From: a virus
IMG/VR virus record: IMGVR_UViG_3300045988_067909
Direction: 5' to 3' (one strand)
DNA length: 64,000 nucleotides
Part shown: positions 1-11,000 of the stretch, piece by piece
How positions within the stretch are numbered: position 1 is the stretch's first letter
Layout of the letters: each line of letters begins with the position of its first letter
The notes under the pieces: generated by a model
Seen by the model: only the letters and a program-made list of their open reading frames with translations
Databases searched by the model: none
Told to the model about the DNA's origin: nothing
Program-made: the position numbers and the translations under genes

Positions 1-3000
1 ATAATCATATAGTCATCAGTTAACTCTGTAATTACACCTTTGTATTTAGCTTTAAAAGCAAATGTATCAGATGTCATATAAGGTAATGCTTGGTCTGCAC
101 CATTAGTTACTAATAATGGGTCACTACGTCTAGTTCTCATACCATGCTTAGAAGTTTGGATGAATGTCATAGCTGTACGGAATGGGTCATCATGTGTAGA
201 ACCGAATGGTGTTAACGCTTCAGTAATAGATAACGTATTAACGTCATTCATCTTACCTTCTTCGTTTTTATTATTATAGATATAACCACGTGTATCATTA
301 ATAGCCATATTAATCGTAGTCTGTCTATTAATACCAACGTTACCAGCAAAGCCTGTAGACATAGCTAGTTTATTAACCATAGATTTATCATATGTACGTT
401 TCTCTAGATTATAAGATCTATCAGAGTTCAAACCAGATAAGCCTTTGAATGTAACTGTATTAGCAGTTTCCATTTCAAGTAATGGTGTTAAGATACTTAA
501 GTCAGATGCTGTGGAGTCTGCTAAAGTCAAGTCTATAACAGCAGAGCGTTTCATAAACATCTTGCTATCAGTTCTACCATTCTTATATTCAGCTAAGAAT
601 AATTGATATGCTGTAGCCAAAGACTTATAAACAAAGTGAGCTAAACGTTCATTAGTACGGAAACGGTTACCAGTAATATCAGTATGCTTATTATACTGAT
701 TATCTGCTAATAGACTACTAGCATAACCTAATGCTGTAATATAATCAGTTGGAAGATTATACTTCTTACATACTTCAACAGTGATAGGGTCCATCATTAA
801 GTTATAGAATGCATCTAAACCATTGGCTTTAATTCTACCACCATATTGGTCTAATACATCTAACCACATAGCTACACCATTAGTTTCAGCTATAGTATAG
901 TCTTCTGTATTGATTTCAAATAATCCAGATACTAATAACGAAGTCTCTGGAGAATCATCATACTCTAAGAAACCATCTTTAAACTTAATATAGTTCTTTG
1001 TACCTGTAGGTCTCTTTTCATATACATTCCATTGTACCTTAGCTCTATTTAATGCTTCAGATAACCCTACAGAATATGCCATTACACAGATAACTGGGAT
1101 ATTCATTTGGTTGATAGATGCTCTAGCATGTGCTACTGTTTTACCTTGTTTATAATACTTCTTGAACTGTTCCTGATAAGCAGCATCAGTCATAAGCTTA
1201 CTATTAATCATTCTAACTACATCATCATCTTCAGCAGCTAATACAGTCTTATCTTTAGTATTAATACCATAAGCTAGTATACCCTCACCTGGGTCTTTAA
1301 ATTTAGGTGCATTATGTAATTCATCTTGGTTGAATAAGATCTTAGTACCATCTTTAAATTCAATATAAGAGAACTGTGATGAAATATCAATGTATTCCAT
1401 AGGAAGAATGTATTTAGCAGTAATCTTTAAGTTAGAGCCTATAGCTATTTTCTTAATAGTAGTACAACCCTTATACTTATTTTCCAATATCTTATATAAT
1501 GATCTAATAATAGCTGCGGTAGTGTTTGTAGACTTACCTTGTTGACCATACTTATTAATCATAATTTTATTATAGTTAGTAACCAACTGTGATGTAGTCG
1601 GACCTGTCTTAATAATAGGAAGATTAATCAATTGACCAGATATAGTCTTATCATTACCACGTAATCTCATAAAACGATTATCAATTAACTTAGGCACATC
1701 GAATGTAAGATTATGTCTAGTACCATTGGCATCTTCAAGCTGAACTCTATATGTCCATACTGAATCTTCAGATGTAGATGTATCATCTTTGTCTATCTTA
1801 ATAATAGACATAGGGATTGTTTTATTTTCAGTAAATGCATGTATAGCTCTAACTATATCAGCATCTAAATCATATTGTTTATCAAAGTTGATTTTCTTTA
1901 AACCATCCCATTGCTCATCGATAGTCTGTACTTCTGGAATGTCAGTAGATCTTAATGGTTGGTCAGCTTCATCTTCAAGTAATTGAGAGATAGGTTTATT
2001 ATTTAGACTAGATTTCAAGAACTTATCATTCAATAGGCTCATACGTTTACGTCTAGCTTGTGAAATATCTATAGTTGTATGTCTAGTCTCTTGTGCTTTA
2101 AGTAAAGCCACTTTAAGATTAACTTCTTCTTCAGCTTTCTTAATAGCTTCTGCTTCATCTGAAGAAGCATTTACTATATCATTAAGCTGATTAGATACAT
2201 CTTCTTGAGCTTTCTCTTCTTCTTTAGAAGACTGAGGATCTAAAGGTTTAGTTTCTGGTTCTTTAGGTTTATCCATATCTAACACATCAGCTTTTCTAAC
2301 GTCTTTAACTATATTAGATTTAGAACCATCTACGTTATTGATTTGAATACCAGATTGCTTTTCAATAGCATCAGCAACTTTGATTTTGATTTCTTCTTTG
2401 TTTTCACGTTCAGTGTCTTCTACTGGTTCTCTCATAATAAGTTTACGGATATTTTGTTTAAACTTAGAGATAGCGTAGTTATCGAAATCATCAAAGTTAA
2501 CTTTGAACCAACCTGTTTTACCTAGGAAGATAAAATCAACCCCTTTGAAGTACTCTAGTTCATATGAACTAGTAGTATATAATCTAGTTATAATGGAGAA
2601 GATATTGATATCTTTAGTGATACTAAATAAACTAGATAGGTCAGCGTCTTTAGCCCAATCATGTACTGGAACTATAACAGTTTTCTTTGTATAAGAACCA
2701 AGACGTTTATCATTAACGAATCTAGCCATTAATGTAAATAAGATATCAGTCCCATAGTCTTTAGGGAACTTCTTATTATACTTATTAGTAAAGAATGCGT
2801 CAGTGTAATAAGTCAAGTCATAGAATAAGTTTCTATTCATATACTTATCTATAGATAGTTTGGTAAATACAATATTAGGGAACTTCTCTCTAATAGTATC
2901 GTAGTATGCCATGATTTCTTTTCTATTTCTAAAACGCTCTCTATATAGCATTTTAGATAGACGTTTATTAGTCATAGGGCCTTCGACAGATTCACCAAAC

Positions 3001-3341
3001 AAGATTAAATGATCACAAGTTTGGATATAGTCTTCTGTAACTATATGGTCACCCTCAAGCACAAGATCTAAGTCTGGTTGATAATCTAATAGTTCGCCAG
3101 ATTCACTTTGTACTTGTCTTAATGGTGTAACGTAATAGCTATAGTTTGGTTCCACATAGTATGAACTAAACATAGCTAAGTTCTCTACTAATGGTGAATC
3201 CATTATATCTTTTACACCATCAAATGATTTAGCCATAAGAAATATACAACTACCAAATCGTTTATTCTTCTTATTGATAGGAGTATAAAACTTAGAGTTT
3301 ATCAATCGTAAAGGTTGTATACGGTCTACTAAGATAGCCAT
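1..3341 (-). CDS. Large hypothetical protein, possibly virion-associated. N-terminal 1113 codons; the C-terminus lies beyond the window start.
   Basis: Uninterrupted minus-strand reading frame from an ATG at 3339-3341 to the window edge. GGAGG sits 8 nt upstream (reverse complement of 3350-3354). The plus strand has no ORF over 60 aa across 1-1788. No family recognised. Confidence 0.5.
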   Translation of the reverse strand, partial: MAILVDRIQPLRLINSKFYTPINKKNKRFGSCIFLMAKSFDGVKDIMDSPLVENLAMFSSYYVEPNYSYYVTPLRQVQSESGELLDYQPDLDLVLEGDHIVTEDYIQTCDHLILFGESVEGPMTNKRLSKMLYRERFRNRKEIMAYYDTIREKFPNIVFTKLSIDKYMNRNLFYDLTYYTDAFFTNKYNKKFPKDYGTDILFTLMARFVNDKRLGSYTKKTVIVPVHDWAKDADLSSLFSITKDINIFSIITRLYTTSSYELEYFKGVDFIFLGKTGWFKVNFDDFDNYAISKFKQNIRKLIMREPVEDTERENKEEIKIKVADAIEKQSGIQINNVDGSKSNIVKDVRKADVLDMDKPKEPETKPLDPQSSKEEEKAQEDVSNQLNDIVNASSDEAEAIKKAEEEVNLKVALLKAQETRHTTIDISQARRKRMSLLNDKFLKSSLNNKPISQLLEDEADQPLRSTDIPEVQTIDEQWDGLKKINFDKQYDLDADIVRAIHAFTENKTIPMSIIKIDKDDTSTSEDSVWTYRVQLEDANGTRHNLTFDVPKLIDNRFMRLRGNDKTISGQLINLPIIKTGPTTSQLVTNYNKIMINKYGQQGKSTNTTAAIIRSLYKILENKYKGCTTIKKIAIGSNLKITAKYILPMEYIDISSQFSYIEFKDGTKILFNQDELHNAPKFKDPGEGILAYGINTKDKTVLAAEDDDVVRMINSKLMTDAAYQEQFKKYYKQGKTVAHARASINQMNIPVICVMAYSVGLSEALNRAKVQWNVYEKRPTGTKNYIKFKDGFLEYDDSPETSLLVSGLFEINTEDYTIAETNGVAMWLDVLDQYGGRIKANGLDAFYNLMMDPITVEVCKKYNLPTDYITALGYASSLLADNQYNKHTDITGNRFRTNERLAHFVYKSLATAYQLFLAEYKNGRTDSKMFMKRSAVIDLTLADSTASDLSILTPLLEMETANTVTFKGLSGLNSDRSYNLEKRTYDKSMVNKLAMSTGFAGNVGINRQTTINMAINDTRGYIYNNKNEEGKMNDVNTLSITEALTPFGSTHDDPFRTAMTFIQTSKHGMRTRRSDPLLVTNGADQALPYMTSDTFAFKAKYKGVITELTDDYMI

Positions 3342-3908
3342 TCTATTAACCTCCAATTTGTTAATTCTGAGTATATTATTCGTTTAATAGCTTGTTAAGG
3401 CTATACTATATAGCTTACTCCAAAATAATCTAACACTTATATAGAGTAAATAATATAAGCTGGTTATATTATTTAATACTATACAAAATCCATGGAGTAA
3501 AGTTAAGCTTAGAATGGAAGTTTATATTATAAGTGTAATAAGATCATTTTTATTTATCTATTTCCCAATAGAAATCCGAATTGAAAAATGTTATGACATA
3601 ACCAAACTTGAAATATTATAGTTTCATACTTAGTTTTTAACTAAGCTATATTATATAACTTTCTTATGATCTCATTAGCTATTAGTATAAATCATATTCC
3701 AAGTCAAGTAAGGGGATAAATAGTTAGTATTAAACAATTATAGGTATCTTATACGACGTTACTCATTTTCTTTATTTATTGCGGTGATAACTTCAATTTC
3801 AAAATATACTAACCCGTAATACAATATTTACAGCTAGTCACCACAATAAAAAATGTGCAGGGTTATGATACTCAACCTTGTAGTATACTTGATCTCAAAA
3901 ATAAAGAT

Positions 3909-3950
3909 CCCCTATAGGATTATGAGTCCTATAGGGGTTCTTTCTGCTTT
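3909..3950. terminator. Bidirectional intrinsic-terminator-like hairpin CCCCTATAGG-loop-CCTATAGGGG
   Basis: 10-bp GC-flanked stem with T-rich tracts on both sides (TTCTTTCTGCTTTT on the plus strand; ATCTTTATTTTTGAG on the minus-strand reading). It belongs to a recurrent stem family in this window. Confidence 0.5.
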
Positions 3951-4011
3951 TAATAAATTATTACTAGATAAACAAGTTATTAATCTTATATAGCCTAAGT
4001 GAGGTACAGTT

Positions 4012-4158
4012 ATGACTGATAAGAGCAAAAAAGATATGTTAGAAAATGGAAATATGAGCTTTATTGATTTCTTAAATCAAAGCACACCTATTGAGTTAAA
4101 TGAGTTTCTCAAATCTAAAGGGAAACGAAAAGTAAGATCAATGTTTATACGTCTATAA
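4012..4158 (+). CDS. Possible small ORF, 48 aa, Lys-rich
   Basis: ATG preceded by GTGAGGT 7 nt upstream. It lies between a terminator and the next gene. It is short and has no homology signal, so it is speculative. Confidence 0.2.
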   Translation: MTDKSKKDMLENGNMSFIDFLNQSTPIELNEFLKSKGKRKVRSMFIRL

Positions 4159-4202
4159 GACTTATAATATAAAACTAATTTTCTTTATGGAGGAAACAAA
4201 AC

Positions 4203-4733
4203 ATGAGTACTGTAAAAGAATTAATGGGACAAATCAAAGCTGAATTGAAACACGCTTCTGCTTCTAATAAAGATGAAGCACGTGTAATGGCGGCTATGCT
4301 TAATGACACTAATTTCAAAGTTGGTGTATATGATTCCACTGGTAAAGTTGGTGAAGTATGCATCGCTGATGACTATCGTAATATCTTAGCTAATGCAATC
4401 TCTTCTACAACTAAAATCTCTAAAGAAGAAGCTACTGTATTGGCCGCTGGTTATGAAGCTAAGAAAGCTGATGCTGAACGTATGTTAAACATCGTTAAAA
4501 CATTCCCATTTGAATATATGCGTAATACTGGCCGTACTTTCAAACTAGGTGGTCGTGAAAAATCCAATATTACTTTATCTTTCAAAGATGTACAAGCTTC
4601 TACTCGTTCTTTCCCTAAACAAGAGGGTATTGATAAAGATGGTAAAGCTATCTACGTTAAAACCGAAGTTAAAGTACCTGGTTATGAAAGTATTAAAGTT
4701 CAAAACCCTTGCCCAGCTTGGGTTAAAAAATAA
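4203..4733 (+). CDS. Hypothetical 176-aa protein, probably abundant and possibly structural. Monocistronic, lying between two terminators.
   Basis: Strong ribosome-binding site (GGAGGAAACAAAACATG). Codon usage looks like that of highly expressed genes. Hairpin terminators upstream (3909) and downstream (4938). Confidence 0.75.
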   Translation: MSTVKELMGQIKAELKHASASNKDEARVMAAMLNDTNFKVGVYDSTGKVGEVCIADDYRNILANAISSTTKISKEEATVLAAGYEAKKADAERMLNIVKTFPFEYMRNTGRTFKLGGREKSNITLSFKDVQASTRSFPKQEGIDKDGKAIYVKTEVKVPGYESIKVQNPCPAWVKK

Positions 4734-4937
4734 TACAGCTATAACAAAATAGTGAGTAGAAATATAATGCCATCGCCAAGAATACGAGCAATTATAATTA
4801 TACTCACATTGAATTTCTTCCTAGTTAGTAAGGTGCTTTCATACCTCTAGCCAACCTTACTATCTAGGTAGGATTCCTCTTATAGTTATTACATTTAACT
4901 CCAATTTTCTAACTTAACTGACTCCAAACACAAATAT

Positions 4938-4970
4938 CCCCATATAGGCACTGTCCTATATGGGGTATTT
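4938..4970 (+). terminator. Hairpin CCCCATATAGG-cactgt-CCTATATGGGG followed by TATTTG
   Basis: 11-bp perfect stem directly after the 4203-4733 gene. Member of the CCCATATAGG stem family. Confidence 0.5.
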
Positions 4971-5018
4971 GCCGTATGTCAAGAACACACCATTAATCCA
5001 AGAAAGGAGGAATTACAC

Positions 5019-8000
5019 TTGGCAAAAGTTAAAATTACTAATTATCTAAAGAACCTTGGTAAGTCTTTAGTATTTGCTACAGTAGAAGATACTATTAAAG
5101 CTGAAATGCCTTCGGCTACAGAGTTTATGTCTACTAATGCTGATACTATGAAACAAGTATACCATGGTATAAAAGATTATAAAAGTACAGTTAAACGTGC
5201 TGGTCAAATGATCTCCAATACTGGTCTTTACCAGGCAGGGGACTTTGCTTTTAAGTCTGCTTTAGAGGATTTAAAAACTGGTAATTTCTATAACCAACAA
5301 CGTGGCGATGACTTAATGATGAAGTCAATGGGTATGGACGATTTCGATATGGATTTCGATGATGATTTCTCTATGGAATCTGATAATAAGCCTAGTCTTG
5401 ATCATGATACAGAAGCCACTATACAAACTATAGAAGCTAGTACTGCTGCTAGTACAAATGCTATTGCTGGTGCTACTGTAAAAAGTGCTGAGCATGTAGC
5501 TGGTACTGTACGTCAAAGTACAGCACTGATGTTTGCTCAACAAGAGAAACTATTCTCTGGGTTAAATAATAATATCTTAGGTATGCATGGTACTCTAAGT
5601 AATATTATGTCATTTAACCAAAATAACTTACAAGCTCATTTAGAGAACTCTCGTAAATACTTCGAAGAGTCTACTAAATTGAATCGTGAAAACAATGCTA
5701 TCTTAAAAGAAATGCTAGATATGCAACGTCATGATTTCCAAGCTAGACAGAAAGCTCAAGAAGAAGCAGCTAAGAGAACTAAAGAAAAATTTGATATCAC
5801 TAATTTGGTTGGACCAAATGGTGGTATAAATTTAGCTAGTTATTTTAGTAATATCAAGAAGAATGCTACTGATGAATTAGAATCTTCTGAACTTGGTATA
5901 TTAGCTGGAATGGAACCAGACCAATTAAAGATGATGGTAGCAAATCCATTATCTATCATTCCTATTGCTATTGGTCAAGGTATCATTGGGAAGAACGTTC
6001 GTGCTCAAATGAAGAAACTAGATAAGACCTTATCTGGTACATTCGCACATATGCTTGCAGAGCTTCATAAGGCAGGACAAGAACGTGATGGTATAGCTGG
6101 TATTATAGGTCGTATCTTTGGTGCTAAACAAGAGATGACTACTAAACTCAAAACTGACAAGTTTGAGAAAGGCCCTGTACCATTCGATGGTATTACTAAG
6201 AAAGCTATCATTGATGTAATCCCTGGTCATTTAGCTAGAATTGAAGCAGCTCTTACAGGTAATTCAGCACCAGTGTATGACTATGAATCTGGTAAGTGGA
6301 CAACTATGGCTAAAATTAAAGAACGCCGAGACAATATGGAAAAAAGTGCTAAACAAATTGGCTTGGCTGAATTTAAAAAGCAAATGGAAAAGGGTGCCAT
6401 TACTAGTGGTGTAACTAAAGACATAGACTCTATCGGTAGTAAGAAAGAGTTCATGGAAGAATTATCTGAATACTTCTTTAAGAATCAGACTTTATCTGGT
6501 TATGACGGTAAGTATAAAGATGCTGCCAATAAAGCATGGGATAATGCTGATATGTCTTTAGCTGCTAAAGAAATCCATGATGCTATGTCTAACTTTAATA
6601 GTATGATGCATTCTATCGAGAATACACCACATGATACTATGCTTAAGTTATTTGATGGATCTCAAAAGTTTGCTGGTAAACAAGGCAAAGGTGGCAATCT
6701 TTCTGGGGTTAGCTTATTAACAGATGATGATGGTAATGGAGCAATCTATTACTTAAAGAATATCTGGGAAGAACTTAGATCAATTAGAGCTGGTGCTTCG
6801 TTTGGTGGCGCTGGTAAACGTAAGAAACCTGCTAAAGCTAAATATAAGAGAGGCTCTAATACCAATAAAGCTCACGTTAGTGGAGAGTCTAAATCTAAAA
6901 GTTCTTCAGAAGATGGAGAAGGTCCCATACTTGGTACTGCTGATCAATGGGCTAATTCAGCAGATGAAGTTGGGTATGAAGATCCAGATGAGTTAAAGCC
7001 AGATCCTAATAATATCTTAGAAGAGATATTCAGTGATACTGATGCATCTGCTGCTGATAAGTTTAAAAACGTACTTAAAGCACTATATAAATCTCCACGT
7101 AGTGTAGTAGCTGGTGCTGTAGGTATGGTTGATAAGCACATCTATAAATTCTTCTTTAAACAAGATACAGGTCTTAAAGATAAAGAAGGTAAACCTATAG
7201 TTGGTTTCTTTAATCGTATGGCTTATCAATTAGATAAGACATTTGATAGCGTAGTTGATACTTTAAAGAAGAAACTTCTTAACCCTATTAAAGCTAAAGC
7301 TAAGAAAGCTTGGAAAAAAGGTAAGGAATTCTTTGGTGGATTCGTTGATGAAGAAGACCAAGAAGAGTTTACTAATACATTTAAAGATTCTAAAGATGGT
7401 TTTATTGGTTCTATTAAAGAGCAATTTGCATCTGTAAAGAAAGATATCTTTAAAGAAGATACTGAGATGAAATTAGCTTCTCAATCTAAGCAATCTCGTA
7501 GTGTATTTATGAATAAACTAGAGAGTATGCTTGATAATGCGGTAACTAAAGATGAAGCTGATAGTATCAAGAAGCGTATCAATAAAGCTAAACGTCTATT
7601 CAAAGAAAAAGAAAATGAAGAAGACAAAGAAGAAAAAGCTAAGTTAGAGCAAAACTATAATGGTACGTTAAATGTACCAGCATATTCTTTGACTACAGTA
7701 TCACCTGGTGAAGCTATTATTCCAGCTGACCAAAACCCATTTAATCCTGATAGAGATAAAGCTGATCGTAGTAAAGATCGCTATGAGGAAGATAAATTAA
7801 AACGTAAATTTATTGGTGCTGATGGTCAAGAGATTTTATCTCATGCAGACGGTACATCATCTTTTGGTAAGGCTGGTAAGTTTGCTCGTGGTAAATTAAA
7901 TGCTTTATGGAAAGATGGTTTTGGTCGTATCGGTGATATGATCAAAGAAACCCTAGGTTCTGATGCATTTAAAAACTGGAATGAAAAAGACCGTGACTTA

Positions 8001-11000
8001 TTCATGAATCCTGCTAAACTTGCTGGTAAAGGTTTAGCTGGTGGTGGTGCAGGTGCTTTAATTGGTACATTATTTGCTCCAGGTGTCGGTACTATTATTG
8101 GTGGTTTAGCTGGTGCTGCAGGTAATATCCTAAGAGAATCTGAAACCGTTAAAGGTTGGCTATTTGGTCAAATAGGTAAAGATGGTACTCGTCAAGGTGG
8201 TGTATTCTCTCGTAAGACACAAGCCTTAATGAAGAAATATCTTCCTGATATGGGTGCATGGGGTACCGTAGGTTCTGTAGCTGGTTTATTAACTGGTTTT
8301 GGTCCTGTTGGTGGCGCTATGCTTGGTGCTGCTATAGGCTTTGCTAAGAATAACCAATCTATTTCTGATAAATTATTCGGTACACAGTTAAAAGATAAAG
8401 ATGGTCATATTATTGGTCGTGCTAATAATGGTATCTTATCTAAGAAGCAACAAGCATTCTTGAAGAAATCTTATAAGACTATGCTTCCTGGTGCTTTAGC
8501 TGGATTAGTTTTAGACCCTACAGGTGGTTTCTTAACTAATATCGCATTTGGTGCTGGTGGTAGTTTATTACTTACATCTGACAAATTCCAAAACTTCATG
8601 CTAGGTAAACGTGGATTTGATGGTAAACGTCGTGGTGGTGTAGTTGGTAAACTAGAGTCTGCTCTTACTGCACCAATTAAGCTATTTGCTAAATCCATTA
8701 CAGATACCAAGGAAGGTTGGATAGGTAAATCTATCGTTAAACCAACAGCTACACTCTTCAAAGGTTTAGCTGGTGAGATTAAAATGGCTTGGCGTAAAAC
8801 TAATATCATGGATGTAATAGGAACTGCTTGGAGAAAAGCTATCGAAAAGACAGTTGGTATTCCATTTATGCATAAATTAGAAGAAAGCTTCTTAAAACCA
8901 TTAAAATCTAAAATTGGTAGCTGGATAGGTTCTATATTCAAACCAATTAAAGCTGGTGGTAGTTGGCTTAAAGGTAAAGTAGCTGCTGGATTTGGTAAGC
9001 TAGGTGAAGCTGGTGACTTACTAATTGACCGTCAACAAATGCAAGGTCTTGGTGCTGCTTTAGGTATGTCTGCTAGAGAACGTCTAGAACGTGGACAACA
9101 ACGTGGATTAGACGGATATAAATACCAAACTATGGATACTAAGTTAGTTGGTATGGATGCTGGTCAGTTAAATACTTATCGTAACTCCTTATATGCTATG
9201 CTTGATGGTGATCAAATTCATGACCATAAAGTTGATACTATTAAAGCTGCTAGAGAAAGATTCTATGGTAATAAACGTGACTTAGAAAATGGTTGGACTA
9301 AGAAAGGTGCAGATGAAATCGCTGTAGCTTTAGATAAGGGAGAACCATGGATTAAGATTAAGAAAATTATCTTAGATCATCACTTACCATCAGAAACTGA
9401 AGAGTTCTTATTAAGAGAAGCAAGAAAAACTTATGATGAAGTCACTGCAATGACTGATATGCAAAAGATTTCTGCAGAAGAACGTGCTAAGATTCAAGCA
9501 GAAACTGAAAAATCTCTTGGTCTTGAAGAAGGTGCGTTAAATTCTCGAAGCACAACTAATGATATATTATCTACAGTCAATAATGAACTTAGTGAACGTG
9601 ATGTAGATGAAACATTAGGTTCTAAAACTGAAGTTGTAAATGAAAAGATAGTTACAGCTATGGATACATCTGTCCAATACTTGGATAAGATGAATCTACA
9701 ATTGGCAAATATCGCTAGTCTTATTTATTCTGGTAAACCTATCAATGATGATATCATGAGGGAATACAATATAAATAAGAATGGTACAGCAACTCCAGAA
9801 GATGCTGCTTCTGCTGATGCATCATTACCGACAGGGTATACTAAATCTGGTGATAAATATTATGATGCTCAAGGACGTGAAGTAGTTAAAACTACTGATG
9901 GCGGTTTCAAATTAGCCGATACCGAATCTAATAGTGATATTAAGAAAGAAGCTGAAGCTAAAGAGAAACGTGAAGATGAACGTTTTGAAAAACTAGAAGA
10001 GAGCATCGATAAGAAGAATGGTAAAGATGACGATAAGAAGAAAGATAAAGACAAAGGTGGTATCTTTGGTAAACTTAAAGGTGCATTAGCTGGTCTTATA
10101 GGCCTTGGTGGATCTATGGGTGGTTTATTAATGAACCTAGGTAAAGGTGTTGCTGGTGCTGGTATTGTTGGTTTATTTGCTCCTCAATTAATTAAAGCTA
10201 TGCCTGCTATTATCGAAGCAGTAAAAGAGAATGCCAAACCTATTGCTGATTCTGTATCTTCTGTAGTCACTGAAGTCATTCCTCAAATTACTAAGAACTT
10301 ATTCCATAGTATGGCTGACTTTATTACTGACCCTAAAGTTGGCATAGTATCTAAGTTAATCGGTACAGTTGCTGTTGGTGGTCTTATGGCTAAAGCTGTA
10401 TGGCCTCTAGTTAATGTAGGTAAGACTATATTCTCTATGGGTAAAGGTCTATTCACTTGGTTTAGAGGTTCTTCTAAGAAGACTGAAACTGAGATGGCTA
10501 TTGCTGCTAATGCTATGAATCGTGCAGCTGCTGCTATGGAACTTATGGCTGCCACTGGTGGTAAAGGTGGACCTAACTATTCTCAAATGGCTAAGAATAT
10601 GGGTCTTAGTGGTGATATATCTCCTGGTGGTGGTTATGGTAAACCTGGTAAGAAAGTCCCAGGAAAGAAACCTGGTGGTCTTAAAGGTAAACTAGGTGGA
10701 TTCTTTAGTAAGTTTGGTGGACCTAAAACTAAACTTGCTGCATCTATAGCTGCTACTGTTGGTTTGGATTATGCTCTTGATTCTATGACAGCAAGTGCAG
10801 CTGAACCAGAAACTATGGATCCTAGTATGGCCGGTTACGATACAACTGGGAACGGTGATATTCCTGTAGGAGCAAATTACGATGCTTCCAGTGAGGAAGT
10901 ACAGCAAGCCACTCAAAACGTCGATTCTGACGATAAAGGTGGTTATGGTGTAACTGACATAGCTATGGATGCTGGACAATGGTATCTCACCGATAAAGCT

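Noticed and set aside
4549-4752. 67-aa ORF overlapping the 3' end of the 4203-4733 gene in another frame
   Set aside because: It overlaps a strongly supported gene, is Lys/Leu-rich from AT bias, and has no ribosome-binding site.
8471-8941. Antisense ORFs inside the tape-measure gene and other large genes (e.g. 8471-8941, 10283-10555, 10692-10979, 13544-13777, 17894-18334, 22409-23615, 43355-44487)
   Set aside because: They lie wholly inside strongly supported long ORFs on the opposite strand. Their low-complexity composition is a mirror image of the Gly, Ala or Gln-rich sense sequence, and they have no ribosome-binding sites.
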